A stretch of 50,893 nucleotides of DNA from Myxococcota bacterium (GCA_036149055.1 JAYZQJ010000190.1:1-50893); one strand, 5' to 3'. Numbered from the stretch's first letter, positions 11,031 through 23,728 are shown. Translations and numbers: made by a program. Notes: a model not told the origin generated them from the sequence alone.

Positions 11031-12383
11031 ATGCCGTCGCGCACCCTCGTGGCCTTCGCCGGCGCTTGTCTCCTCGCTGCCTGCAACTTCGATCAGGCCG
11101 GGCTGGACCCGCCCCCGCGGACCTTCAACTTCCCGATCGCGGTGGCGCTCTCGGCGGCGCCCGCGGGCGGTGAGCCGGGCTACCTGTTCGTCGCGAACAG
11201 CAACTTCGACATCCACTACAACACGGGCTCGCTCCAGTCGATCGACCTCGCGCGGGTTCACGCGCTGATCGCCTCGAGCTGCGGCGGCGGCAGCGACGAC
11301 TGCGTCATCCCGCTGAGCAACGACGTGGTGGTCTCGGAGGTCGGCGTCGGCTCGCACGTCAGCGGGCTCGAGCTGTCCCCCGGCGGCGACCGTCTCTACA
11401 TGTCGGTGCGCGCGAACCGCAACTTGACCTTCGTCGACGTGGCGGACGGCGAGCTCCGCTGCGACGCGGAGCGACGCGACCCCGGCGGCGCGCAGGAGGA
11501 GGACATCCCGCGCTGCAGCGACGACTTCCGGAGCGGCGACGACGCGATCGCCACCGCCCGCGATCTGGTGCTGAACGACGAGCCGATCGCGGTGGCCACC
11601 GGGCGCATCGAGGACATCGGCGGCGCCGCCGACTCCGGCGACTTCGTGCTGATGGCCCTGCGCAGCGGCGGGGTGGCGCTCTTCCTGGACCGCCCGGGCG
11701 GCGAAGGCCGCCGGCCCGAGCTCGTGCACGTCGCGACCGGCTTCCCCGACGACCTGGTGAACCTGAGCATCCAGCCCGGCACCGGCGTCGCGTGGATGAC
11801 GTCCTCCAGCTCCTCGGCGCTCGGCCGGGTGGGCATCGCGCTCGACGAGGGCGACCTGGCGCGCTCCTTCCTCTTCGACTTCGGCGACCGCTTCATCGGC
11901 GGCGTGGACCAGGGCGACGACGTGCGCGACCTCGTCTTCGCCGGGACCGGGGGGACCGCGTTCGCGCTCACCCGGAGCCCGGAGGCGCTCCTGACCCTCG
12001 ACGTGGAGCGCGCGGGCCGCAACCCGGGCGAGCTCGGCCTCGGCGACATCTACGAGGTCGGCGACGGCCCCTCGCGGCTGACCCTCGCCGAGGTGGGGGG
12101 CCGCCCGTACGTGCTCGTCTCCTGCTTCGACGCGCGCAAGATCTTCATCGTGGACCCCGAGGTCCGCTCCGTCGTCGCGGTGGTGGGCGGCTTCTCGGGC
12201 CCGTTCGAGATGGTCGCCGCCCCGCACACCCGGGACGGCAGCACCGAGACCTTCCTCTACGTGACCGACTTCACGACCTCCCAGGTGCGGGTGGTGAACC
12301 TCGAGCCGCTGACGACCGCGGGGGTGCCGCGCATCGTCGCCTCGCTCGGCGAGCCGATCACGGTCGAGACGCTCGGCAACTGA
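11031..12383 (+). CDS. Lipoprotein, probable beta-propeller (YncE-like)
   Basis: Lipobox LLAAC; propeller-blade-like motifs YLFVANSNFD, LSPGGDRLYM, VGDGPSRL and LYVTDF. Confidence 0.75.
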   Translation: MPSRTLVAFAGACLLAACNFDQAGLDPPPRTFNFPIAVALSAAPAGGEPGYLFVANSNFDIHYNTGSLQSIDLARVHALIASSCGGGSDDCVIPLSNDVVVSEVGVGSHVSGLELSPGGDRLYMSVRANRNLTFVDVADGELRCDAERRDPGGAQEEDIPRCSDDFRSGDDAIATARDLVLNDEPIAVATGRIEDIGGAADSGDFVLMALRSGGVALFLDRPGGEGRRPELVHVATGFPDDLVNLSIQPGTGVAWMTSSSSSALGRVGIALDEGDLARSFLFDFGDRFIGGVDQGDDVRDLVFAGTGGTAFALTRSPEALLTLDVERAGRNPGELGLGDIYEVGDGPSRLTLAEVGGRPYVLVSCFDARKIFIVDPEVRSVVAVVGGFSGPFEMVAAPHTRDGSTETFLYVTDFTTSQVRVVNLEPLTTAGVPRIVASLGEPITVETLGN

Positions 12384-12398
12384 CGAGCTTCGAGTTCC

Positions 12399-14867
12399 AT
12401 GAGACGTCTGATCCTCCCCTCCCTCTGCGCGCTGGCGCTGGCCTGCAGCAACGCGACGCCCCCGAGCGCGCCGGCCACCTTCGACCGCCCCGAAGCGGTC
12501 GCGTTCCTCTGCTGGGCGCTCGACGGCGACCCGCGCACCGGCGGCGGGCCCGTCTCGCTCGAGAACTGCACGCCGCGGAGCACCACCGGGCTGGTCGAGG
12601 ACGACAACGGCGAGGTCCGCGACGGATTCGCGCTCTTCGCGCTCGTCACCCAGACGGCCACCGGTGAGCTGGCCGCGGTGCGGCTCACGAACGATCCCGA
12701 CGGGGTCGAGGACCGCCAGTTCGCGGGGCCCGTCGACAGCGACGAGCGGCTCCCGGGGTTCACCTTCATGCCGGTCGGCGAGGTGCCGTCGGCGGTGATC
12801 GTGCGAGAGCGCGATCCCAAGCGCGCCTATGTCGCCAACCGCGGCAGCAGCACGCTCTCGGTGATCGACCTGGCCGCCCTGCGGAAGGGCGAGGGCGTCA
12901 TCCCCGAGACGGTCGCGCTCACCGAGGGGGCCCGCCCGAGCAGCATGGTGCTCACCCCCGACGAGGACGCGCTGCTCGTCGCGCTGCCCGGCCTCGGGCA
13001 GGTGGCGCGCATCCCGCTCGACGTGGACGGGCGGCTCGGCGAGGTGACGTACGTCGACCTCTCGACCGACGTGCCGGCTCCGGTGGATCTCACCGCGCTG
13101 CCCGCGGGCAGCCTCCCGAGCTCCTACCGCTACACCTGCCCCGCCGATCTCGCCCTGCTCGAGCCGCCGGTCACCGCGCCCCGCGAGCCGAGCGTGCCCA
13201 GCGAGCCGACGCCGGAGCCCTGGAACCTCCTCGTCGATCCGGTGACCGGCGAGGTCCTGGTCTCCGACCTCCGCTACCCGATCGTGCGCCGGCTCGACCC
13301 GACGACGCTCGCCGAGGCGGCGCCGATCACGGTGTCGGTGCCGACCCGCGCGCTCGCGCTCACGCCCTTCGTCCCGGCCACCGTGGACGCCGAGGAGGCG
13401 ACCGAGCGCTACCTCTACGCGATCGACGCGATCGACCGCTCCGTGCTCGCGGTGGACGTGAGCGACGAGGCTCGACCGACCTACGGCGCCGTGCTCCCGG
13501 TGAGCGCGACCGCGCCGACCGACCGGCTGGAGCTGTCCGGTGAGGCGCGGGGCGTCGCCGTCGCCACGCCTCGCTACGACGCCGACACCGCCACCGAGCC
13601 CCGCTGCACCGACGTCACCACGGACGCCGATCGCGCCGGCCCGGCCAGCCACTACGGCGTGTTCCTCGCGGTCGCCGCCCTCGACGGCAACGTCTACCTC
13701 TTCGACGTCTACGACCGGGACACCGAGTGTCGCGGCCTGGGCTGCATCGATGCGAACGACGGCACGCCCAACGACGACTGGGTCGTCATCGCGCGCCACC
13801 ACCCCCGCATCGGCGTCCTGCGCGAGTCCGGGCCGATTCTGGAGCGCGCGCCCACCTGGGACAGCGACGGGCGCGGCACGGTCGAGGTCGCCGCGGACGG
13901 CACCGCCGGCGCGGCCGCCGACCTCGTGCCGACCCTCGAGCCGGTGACCTGCGCGACGCCGCTCGAGGCGGCGTTCGGGGACGAGGCGCGCCTCTGCGTG
14001 CTGCTCGATCCCTACGCGGCCGAGGCGGACACCATCACCGCGACCTTCGGCGGGCGCATCCCCTTCACCTCCACCAGCGGCGCCAACTTCGAGGCGGGCG
14101 CCGACTACGTGGACGTGCGCAGCGATCCCTGCCGCGAGGGCGTGATCGGGCGCGATCAGATGGCCGGCGACGGAGTCCTCGCGGGCTACGAAGGCGACCG
14201 GCTCGTCATCACCGGCGACCTGCCGCCGTCGATCCTCTCGCGCGAGGAGGGCGACCCCCTCCGGAGCCGCTGCGAGGCGCTCGTGGAGCGAACCGTCTCG
14301 GGCGCGACCACCCCGGTGCAGCTGCCCATCGTGCGCGCGGTCTCGATGCCGGCCGACGGCCGCCCGACCTACGGCGGCCGCCTCTTCCTCGACGATCCGC
14401 TCGGCGAGGGCGGCTTCACCCTCGACGACGTGACGACGTGTTACCCGGAGCTCGCCGAGGTCGAGGTCCGGGCGAGCAACGCGTTCGTGGTGCAGTCGAG
14501 CCGGCGCGGGTACTTCCACCCCGTCGTGGCCGGCGCGGGCGGCGAGTGCGAGGTCGACCCGGCGCTCGCGGAGGCCGGCCTGCGCGGCCGCGCGCTCTTC
14601 GGCGCGACCTTCCGGAGCCCCTTCGTGACCTTCGCGCTCGGCGAGCGCCCGCCGCTCCTCGGCACCCCGGTGCTCTCGGTGAACGTCACCGACGTCCCGA
14701 GCGCGTCGCGCATCGACGTGAGCTCGATCGGCGGCGGCACCTCCTCGCTGCTCTCGCGCATCGTCTACAACGAGGTCGACGAGCGACTCTACGTGGTCGA
14801 CCAGGCGCGCGTCGGGCTGGTGCGCATCCGCCTGACGAACCTCACGGTGCAGAACACCTTCCGCTGA
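12399..14867 (+). CDS. Large lipoprotein with beta-propeller-like repeats
   Basis: Lipobox LALAC; PVGEVPSAV..AYVANRGSSTLSVIDL, LTPDEDALLV and RLYVVDQ. Confidence 0.75.
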   Translation: MRRLILPSLCALALACSNATPPSAPATFDRPEAVAFLCWALDGDPRTGGGPVSLENCTPRSTTGLVEDDNGEVRDGFALFALVTQTATGELAAVRLTNDPDGVEDRQFAGPVDSDERLPGFTFMPVGEVPSAVIVRERDPKRAYVANRGSSTLSVIDLAALRKGEGVIPETVALTEGARPSSMVLTPDEDALLVALPGLGQVARIPLDVDGRLGEVTYVDLSTDVPAPVDLTALPAGSLPSSYRYTCPADLALLEPPVTAPREPSVPSEPTPEPWNLLVDPVTGEVLVSDLRYPIVRRLDPTTLAEAAPITVSVPTRALALTPFVPATVDAEEATERYLYAIDAIDRSVLAVDVSDEARPTYGAVLPVSATAPTDRLELSGEARGVAVATPRYDADTATEPRCTDVTTDADRAGPASHYGVFLAVAALDGNVYLFDVYDRDTECRGLGCIDANDGTPNDDWVVIARHHPRIGVLRESGPILERAPTWDSDGRGTVEVAADGTAGAAADLVPTLEPVTCATPLEAAFGDEARLCVLLDPYAAEADTITATFGGRIPFTSTSGANFEAGADYVDVRSDPCREGVIGRDQMAGDGVLAGYEGDRLVITGDLPPSILSREEGDPLRSRCEALVERTVSGATTPVQLPIVRAVSMPADGRPTYGGRLFLDDPLGEGGFTLDDVTTCYPELAEVEVRASNAFVVQSSRRGYFHPVVAGAGGECEVDPALAEAGLRGRALFGATFRSPFVTFALGERPPLLGTPVLSVNVTDVPSASRIDVSSIGGGTSSLLSRIVYNEVDERLYVVDQARVGLVRIRLTNLTVQNTFR

Positions 14868-14870
14868 GCG

Positions 14871-17498
<2,628 letters not shown>

Positions 17499-17510
17499 CC
17501 CGCCTCCGCT

Positions 17511-17574
17511 GGCACAGGTGTGCACGGAACGTGCAGGACTGTGCCTGCGTGAGATGGCTGGCACACGTCGGCAC
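17511..17574. promoter_or_regulatory. Dyad with 10-bp-phased GCAC/GTGC boxes upstream of the TPR-vWA pair
   Basis: GGCACAG-gtg-TGCACG-gaa-CGTGCA-gga-CTGTGCC (17511-17545), plus GCAC at 17561 and 17571. Confidence 0.45.
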
Positions 17575-17586
17575 GGAGGAGGACGG

Positions 17587-18372
17587 ATGAGAGTCATGTG
17601 GATGGCGGCCTGGCTGACGGCGTTGGCCGCGTCTCCCTGCGCCGCGCAGGAGATCGAGATGACGGAAGGGGAGCGCCAGGAGGCGCGCGGGCTCTTCGAG
17701 GCGGGCCGATCGGCCTTCTCGGAGGGGCGCTACGAGGACGCGCTCGGCTACTTCGAGCGGTCCTACGAGATCAGCGGCCTGGTGGAGCTGCTCTACAACA
17801 TCGGGCACACCGCCGACCGCATCCGGCGGGACGCCCGCGCGCTCGAGGCGTTCGAGCAGTACCTCGCGGCCCGACCGGACGCGCCCGAGCGAGCGGCGGT
17901 GGAGGCGCGGATCGCGGTCCTGCGGCGCGCGGTGGCCGAGCGCGAGGCCCAGGCGGAGCGCGAAGCCCAGGCGGCCCGCGACGCCGAGCGGGAGGGCGCA
18001 GCCGAGCCGGAGGGGCCCGTCGAGCCGGCCGCGCCGTCGGCCGAGCCCGCGCCCGAGGCCGGAGCCGGCGCGAGCCCGCTCGGCTGGATCGTGCTCGGGG
18101 GAGGCGCCGCGGCGGCCGTCGCCGGGGTTATCCTGCTCGGGCTCGCCGAGGCCTCCGCGGCGGAGGTCCGAGACGCTCCGCCCGGCACGCCGTGGCGCGA
18201 CGTCGAGGGCGCCTACGGGCAAGCGGACACCTTCGCGGTCGTGGGGGCCGTCCTGCTCGGGGTGGGCGCCGCCGGCGTCGCCACCGGGCTGGTGGTCGCG
18301 CTGACCGAAGGCGGCGCGGAGGCCGAGGTCGCGATCCGACCCGGCGGCGCCGTGGTCCGGGGGAGGTTCTGA
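17587..18372 (+). CDS. Exported TPR protein with C-terminal hydrophobic segments
   Basis: Signal peptide; ARGLFEAG..GRYEDALGYFERSYE..LLYNIG..ALEAFEQYL; GGAGG SD before ATG 17587. Confidence 0.8.
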   Translation: MRVMWMAAWLTALAASPCAAQEIEMTEGERQEARGLFEAGRSAFSEGRYEDALGYFERSYEISGLVELLYNIGHTADRIRRDARALEAFEQYLAARPDAPERAAVEARIAVLRRAVAEREAQAEREAQAARDAEREGAAEPEGPVEPAAPSAEPAPEAGAGASPLGWIVLGGGAAAAVAGVILLGLAEASAAEVRDAPPGTPWRDVEGAYGQADTFAVVGAVLLGVGAAGVATGLVVALTEGGAEAEVAIRPGGAVVRGRF

Positions 18373-19595
18373 TGCGGGCGCTGACTCTCGTGCTCCTGCT
18401 CGTCGGCTGCGCGCCCGAGCTCCAGGAGGGACACTTCGCCTGCCCCGGCGGAGGCGACGACGAGTGCCCCTCCGGCTTCGTCTGCGCCGCGCAGCGCTGC
18501 TGGCGCAGCCCGCCGGACGCCCAGGTCGACGTGCCGACCGACGCCGGGTCCGACGGCGGCGACTCCGAGGTGCCGCCCCCGGTGGACGCCTGCACGCCGC
18601 AGCCCCGGGCCGTCGACCTCCTGCTGATGGTCGACGACTCCGGCAGCATGGCCGAGGAGCAGGCGGCGCTGACGGCCGCGTTCCCGCGGCTCGCGCGGAA
18701 GCTGGCCGAGGGCGACCTCGACGGCGACGGCGTCGCCGACTTCGACCCGATCGCGAGCCTCCGGGTCGGCGTGGTCAGCAGCGACATGGGCGTCGGCGGG
18801 CACTCGGTGCCGATCTGTGACAACTCGATGTTCGGGGACGACGGCGTGCTCATCACCGAGCACCGCGGCCGGGTCGACGGCTGCGCGGCCGAGCACCCCG
18901 CCTTCCTCGAGTACACGCCGCCCGGCGGGCTGAGCGAGCTCCAGCGCGAGCTCACCTGCTACGCGACCCTCGGCACGGAGGGCTGCGGCTTCGAGCAGCA
19001 GCTCGAGGCGGTCCTCAAGGCGACCACCCCGAGCGACTCCCGCGTCCGCTTCTTCGACAACACCGTCGGTCACGGCGGGACCGGCCTCAACGCGGGCTTC
19101 CTCCGCGACGACGCCGTGCGGGTCGTGCTCCTCCTCAGCGACGAGGAGGACTGCAGCGCGGAGAACCCGGACATCTTCGACCCCGGCTACTCGATGACCG
19201 GCCTCAACCGCCGCTGTGACGTGCACGCCGATCAGCTCTGGGACACCTCGCGGTACCGCGCGCTCGCCGACATCGCCAGCGATCCCCGGGACGTCATCTT
19301 CGCGGCGCTCGTCGGGGTGCCGCCCGGCGTCGAGACCGGCACCCACGACGCGATCCTCGCCCACCCGGACATGGCCTACCGGGAGGACCCCGCGATGCCC
19401 CAGCGGCTGCTGCCGGCCTGCCGGAGCGCCTCGGGAGACGCGCTCCCCGGGCGGCGCTACGTCGAGGTGGCCCAGACCCTCGAGGGGGAGGGCGCCTCGA
19501 CCTTGATCCGCTCGATCTGCCGGGAGGACTTCGAGGATCCCTTCGACGACCTCGTGGCGCTGATCGCGACCCGCTTGGACGCGCGGTGTCCATGA
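18372..19595 (+). CDS. vWA-domain Cys-containing lipoprotein (myxobacterial, CglB-like family)
   Basis: Starts in the TGATG overlap; lipobox LLVGC; MIDAS DLLLMVDDSGSM; GCGFEQQLEA; GFLRDDA..LLSDEEDCS. Confidence 0.8.
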   Translation: MRALTLVLLLVGCAPELQEGHFACPGGGDDECPSGFVCAAQRCWRSPPDAQVDVPTDAGSDGGDSEVPPPVDACTPQPRAVDLLLMVDDSGSMAEEQAALTAAFPRLARKLAEGDLDGDGVADFDPIASLRVGVVSSDMGVGGHSVPICDNSMFGDDGVLITEHRGRVDGCAAEHPAFLEYTPPGGLSELQRELTCYATLGTEGCGFEQQLEAVLKATTPSDSRVRFFDNTVGHGGTGLNAGFLRDDAVRVVLLLSDEEDCSAENPDIFDPGYSMTGLNRRCDVHADQLWDTSRYRALADIASDPRDVIFAALVGVPPGVETGTHDAILAHPDMAYREDPAMPQRLLPACRSASGDALPGRRYVEVAQTLEGEGASTLIRSICREDFEDPFDDLVALIATRLDARCP

Positions 19596-19609
19596 GCTAG
19601 TCCCATCCG

Positions 19610-20074
19610 ATGCGCTGCGTTTGCCTCTCGCTCCTCCTCCTCCTCGCCGGCTGCGACCCGGGGAGCGTGGAGGAGCTGTCCCGCCCCGCCCTCGTCCTCG
19701 TGGTGACCCAGGGCGGAGGCTTCTGCTCGGACGTGCGCGCGGTGGACGCGGACGGCCAGGCGTGGGGGGCGCGGGCGTGCGAGGGGCGCGGCGCCCTCGA
19801 GCGACGCGAGCGGACCGTGAGCGCGGCCGAGCGCGCCGAGCTCGACGTGGCCTTCGACGCCGTGCTCGCGCTGCCCGAGGACGCCGACTGCATGGCCACC
19901 AGCCCGAGCGGCGCCCGCTATCGCTTCGCGCGCTACACCGCCGAGGGCGTGGTCGACGTGCGGCTCTGCGAGCCCGGGGTCCCGGCCGAGGCGCGGAGCC
20001 TCGCCGTCTCCCTCGAGGCGATCGCCGGCCCGCCCGGCGCCGCCGACGCCGGTGCGCCCGACGCGGGCGGTTGA
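19610..20074 (+). CDS. Hypothetical lipoprotein
   Basis: Lipobox LLAGC; codon usage typical of the window. Confidence 0.7.
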   Translation: MRCVCLSLLLLLAGCDPGSVEELSRPALVLVVTQGGGFCSDVRAVDADGQAWGARACEGRGALERRERTVSAAERAELDVAFDAVLALPEDADCMATSPSGARYRFARYTAEGVVDVRLCEPGVPAEARSLAVSLEAIAGPPGAADAGAPDAGG

Positions 20075-20142
20075 CCTCGGTTTTCCCGGGAGATCTCGCG
20101 CGAGGCAGGCGTGCCCGGGGTGGGCGCGCTATCCTCCCGCCG

Positions 20143-21225
20143 ATGGCGGATCGAGACGAGCTCGCGAAGATCAGAGAGGCGCTCGAGGCGGCCGACGCAA
20201 AGCTCGTGGAGGCCCTCGACGCCCGGGCCCGGGCGGTCAAGAAGTACGTCGCGCTGCGGGAAGACAACCCGGAGCTCTATTTCGCGATGCCGTCGGCCGC
20301 GGAGGTCGTGCGCCGGGCCCAGGAGCACGCGACGGACTTCCCCCACGCCGCGCTCGAGCACGCCCTGCGCGAGGTGATCGGCGCGTGCGCCGCGATGATC
20401 GCGCCGGTGCGGGTCGCGGTCCTCGGGGCGGAGGGCGGCTTCGCCCACCTCGCGGCCGGGCTGCACTTCGGCACCTCGGCCGAGGTCGCGCCGGTCGACA
20501 CCATCGCCGGGGTGTTCGAGGAGGTCGAGCGGCGGCGGGCGTCCTACGGCGTCGTCCCCTTCGAGTCGTCGTCCGAGGGCGCGCTCACCGAGACCATCGA
20601 TCAGCTCGCCCAGCGGGAGCCCCGGATCTGCGGCGAGATCACCATCGGCTGCTCGTACGACCTCTTCAGCAAGACCGGCAACGCGAACGACGTCGACAAC
20701 GTGTACGGCACGACGGCGGCGCTCGCGGCGTGCGAGCTGACCCTGAAGCGCGACTTCCCGCGCGCCACCATCCTGGACGTGAAGTCCGGCTTCGTCGCGG
20801 CGCAGCTGGCCAGCGAGGACCACGGCGCGGCGGCCATCGTCGCCGGCGACGGCGAGAGCGAGCGCGACGGGCTGCGGCGCGTCCGGGAGAACCTCGAGGA
20901 CCGGCCCGGGCTCCAGACCCGCTTCGTGATCATCGGCGAGGAGCGCCCGCGCAAGACCGGGCACGACCGGACCCTGCTCGCGCTCGCGGTCGGCGACGGC
21001 CCCGGCTCGCTCTACACCGCGCTCCAGCCCTTCGCGGACCGCGGCATCAACCTCACCCGCATCGAGTCGCGCCCGGCGCGCGGCGCGAGCTGGCGCTACC
21101 TGTTCATCCTCGAGCTCGACGGTCACATGACCGACCGCGGCGTGTTGACCGCGGTCGACGAGGTCCGCGACGCGAGCCGACACCTCAAGGTCCTCGGGAG
21201 CTTCCCGCGCCCCGAGGACGAGTAG
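20143..21225 (+). CDS. pheA: Chorismate mutase/prephenate dehydratase (P-protein), divergent
   Basis: AroQ-like N-terminal helix, PDT domain with TRF, and ACT domain PGSLY..INLTRIESRP..YLFILELDGH..LGSFP; sits at the head of the hisC-aroA-cmk-rpsA cluster. Confidence 0.8.
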   Translation: MADRDELAKIREALEAADAKLVEALDARARAVKKYVALREDNPELYFAMPSAAEVVRRAQEHATDFPHAALEHALREVIGACAAMIAPVRVAVLGAEGGFAHLAAGLHFGTSAEVAPVDTIAGVFEEVERRRASYGVVPFESSSEGALTETIDQLAQREPRICGEITIGCSYDLFSKTGNANDVDNVYGTTAALAACELTLKRDFPRATILDVKSGFVAAQLASEDHGAAAIVAGDGESERDGLRRVRENLEDRPGLQTRFVIIGEERPRKTGHDRTLLALAVGDGPGSLYTALQPFADRGINLTRIESRPARGASWRYLFILELDGHMTDRGVLTAVDEVRDASRHLKVLGSFPRPEDE

Positions 21226-21293
21226 CGCGCCCCTTTTCACGGCGGCTGCGTCGTGCGAAACCCGGACCGGCGCGCCGCGCCGGAGAGGAAGCC

Positions 21294-22382
21294 ATGAGCC
21301 TGGTCCCCGAGAACGTCGAACGCCTCATCCCCTACGTCCCCGGCAAGCCGGTGGAGGAGCTCGAGCGCGAGCTCGGCATCCAGAACGCGGTGAAGCTCGC
21401 GTCGAACGAGAACCCGGTCGGCCCGTCGCCGAAGGCCATCGAGGCGATGCGGGCGCACGCGTCGGGCGTGCACCGCTACCCGGACGCGGCCACCTGGGCG
21501 CTCCGCACCGACCTCGCCGCGCACCACGGCGTCGACAAGGACGAGATCGTGCTCGGCAACGGCTCGAACGAGCTGATCGACCTCATCTGCCGCACCTACG
21601 CGGGGCCGTCCGACCACGCCGTGATCGGGGTGCCCAGCTTCGTCTGCTACCACCTCGGGCTGACCGCCGCGAACGTGCCCTTCGACGCCGTGCCGCTGCG
21701 CGAGCACCTGTTCTGGGACCTCGAGGCGATGGCCGCGAAGGTGAACGAGCGCACCAAGCTCTTCTTCGTCGCCAACCCCAACAACCCCACCGGCACCCAC
21801 GTCGGCCGGGCGGCGCTCGAGCGGGTCCTGAAGGAGCTGCCCGAGCAGGTCGTGGTGGTGCTCGACGAGGCGTACGTGCAGTTCGCCGACGCCGACGACT
21901 ACGTCAGCGCGCTCGAGCTCCGGGACCTGCGGGAGCGCCTGCTCGTGCTGCGCACCTTCAGCAAGGCCTACGGGCTCGCCGCCAACCGGGTCGGCTACGC
22001 GATCGGTCGCAAGGACGTCGTCTCGTATCTCAACCGGGTGCGGGCGCCGTTCAACGTCAACACGCTCGCCCAGGTCGCCGCCCGCGCGGCGCTCCAGGAC
22101 CCCGACCACGTCACGCGGTACGTGGAGATGAACGGGATCGAGCGGGCGCGGATCACGGCCGCCCTCGAGGAGCTCGGGCTCCGGGTCGCGCCGAGCCAGG
22201 CGAACTTCGTGTTCGCGGACTTCGGCCGGCCCAACGAGGAGGTCTACGACCGGATGCTCCGGATGGGCGTGATCATCCGCCCGATGCCGGCGCCGGTGGA
22301 CACCTGGCTGCGGATCACGGTGGGCCAGCCCGAAGAGAACGACCGCCTGCTCGCCGCGGTCGCCGAGCTCGTGAAGTCATGA
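21294..22382 (+). CDS. hisC: Histidinol-phosphate/aromatic aminotransferase
   Basis: PYVPGKP, KLASNENP, GNGSNELI, ANPNNPTG, DEAY, LRTFSKAYGLA and SQANF. Confidence 0.95.
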   Translation: MSLVPENVERLIPYVPGKPVEELERELGIQNAVKLASNENPVGPSPKAIEAMRAHASGVHRYPDAATWALRTDLAAHHGVDKDEIVLGNGSNELIDLICRTYAGPSDHAVIGVPSFVCYHLGLTAANVPFDAVPLREHLFWDLEAMAAKVNERTKLFFVANPNNPTGTHVGRAALERVLKELPEQVVVVLDEAYVQFADADDYVSALELRDLRERLLVLRTFSKAYGLAANRVGYAIGRKDVVSYLNRVRAPFNVNTLAQVAARAALQDPDHVTRYVEMNGIERARITAALEELGLRVAPSQANFVFADFGRPNEEVYDRMLRMGVIIRPMPAPVDTWLRITVGQPEENDRLLAAVAELVKS

Positions 22383-23728
22383 CCCGCCGCTATCGCATCC
22401 GGGGCGGCCGGCCGCTCCGCGGGGCGGTGCGCATCCCCGGGGACAAGTCGATCGGGCACCGGGCCCTCATCTTCGCGTCGCTCGCCGAGGGCCGCTCGGA
22501 GATCACCGGGCTCAGCGGCGGGCTCGACAACCTCTCCACCGCTCAGATCTTCCGCGAGATGGGCGTCGGTATCGAGCTCGACGAGACGCGCGCGGTGGTC
22601 GAGGGCGTCGGGCTCGACGGCCTGAAGATGCCGAAGGGCGCGCTCGACTGCGGCAACAGCGGCACCACGATGCGCCTCGTCGCGGGCATCCTGAGCGCGC
22701 AGCGCTTCGGGACTCGCCTGATCGGCGACGAGTCGCTCACCCGCCGGCCGATGCGTCGCGTCGTCGATCCCCTCCGGGCGCGCGGCGCGAACATCGCGGG
22801 AGTGAGCGGGGCGAAGGAGGGCGAGGTCTACCCGCCGCTCTCGGTCGCGCCGCTCATCGACGACGAGCACCTCATCGCGCTCGAGTACCGCTCGCCGGTC
22901 GCCAGCGCGCAGGTCAAGAGCTGCCTCTTGCTCTCGGGCCTCTGGGCGCGCGGCGCGACCGCCGTCGCCGAGCCGGTGCTGAGCCGCGATCACACCGAGC
23001 GCATGATGAACGCGCTCGGCGTGCCGATTCAGGTGGTGGGCCCGATGGTAGTGCTCGACCCGGACGGCTGGGACCGCCGCTGGGACGGCTTCAGCTGGCA
23101 CGTGCCCGGAGATCCCTCGAGCGCGGCGTTCCCGATGGCCGCGGCGCTGCTCGTGCCCGGCAGCGAGGTCACGCTCGAGGGCGTCGGCCTCAACCCGACC
23201 CGCACCGGGCTCTTCGACGCGCTCCGCGCGATGCGCGCCGACCTGAGCTTCACGCCCAAGGGCGAGGCGGCGGGGGCGGAGCCGATCGGCGACGTGACCA
23301 TCACCTACGGCACGCTCGGGCCGGCGACCACCGGGGGCGAGCTGCTGACCCGGATGATCGACGAGGTCCCCGCGTTCTGCGCGGTCGCGTCGGCGGCGCG
23401 AGGCCGGAGCGACGTCCGGGACGCGCACGAGCTGCGGGTGAAGGAGAGCGACCGGCTCGCCGCGAGCGCGGGGGTGCTGAAGGCGTTCGGGCTCGACTGC
23501 ACCGAGCTCGACGACGGCATGCACGTGCACGGCGGCGCCAAGCCGCGCCCGGCCGAGATCGACAGCGGCGGCGACCACCGCATCGCGATGATGGCCGCGG
23601 TGCTCGGCATGGCCTGCGAGGGCGAGACGGTCGTGCACGACGTCGCGTGCGTCGACACGAGCTTCCCGGGCTTCGCCTCTTTGATGGCGTCGCTCGGGGC
23701 CGACATCTCGGTCGAGGAGGACGCGTGA
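22379..23728 (+). CDS. aroA: 3-phosphoshikimate 1-carboxyvinyltransferase
   Basis: PGDKSIGHRAL, DCGNSGTTMRL, SAQVKS, RDHTERM, ELRVKESDRL and DHRIAM. Confidence 0.97.
   Translation: MTRRYRIRGGRPLRGAVRIPGDKSIGHRALIFASLAEGRSEITGLSGGLDNLSTAQIFREMGVGIELDETRAVVEGVGLDGLKMPKGALDCGNSGTTMRLVAGILSAQRFGTRLIGDESLTRRPMRRVVDPLRARGANIAGVSGAKEGEVYPPLSVAPLIDDEHLIALEYRSPVASAQVKSCLLLSGLWARGATAVAEPVLSRDHTERMMNALGVPIQVVGPMVVLDPDGWDRRWDGFSWHVPGDPSSAAFPMAAALLVPGSEVTLEGVGLNPTRTGLFDALRAMRADLSFTPKGEAAGAEPIGDVTITYGTLGPATTGGELLTRMIDEVPAFCAVASAARGRSDVRDAHELRVKESDRLAASAGVLKAFGLDCTELDDGMHVHGGAKPRPAEIDSGGDHRIAMMAAVLGMACEGETVVHDVACVDTSFPGFASLMASLGADISVEEDA

Noticed and set aside
17510..17575. Sigma54 -24/-12 promoter (TGGCAC...TGCA)
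   Set aside because: The GG-to-GC spacing is 9 nt in each candidate, whereas sigma54 requires 10.
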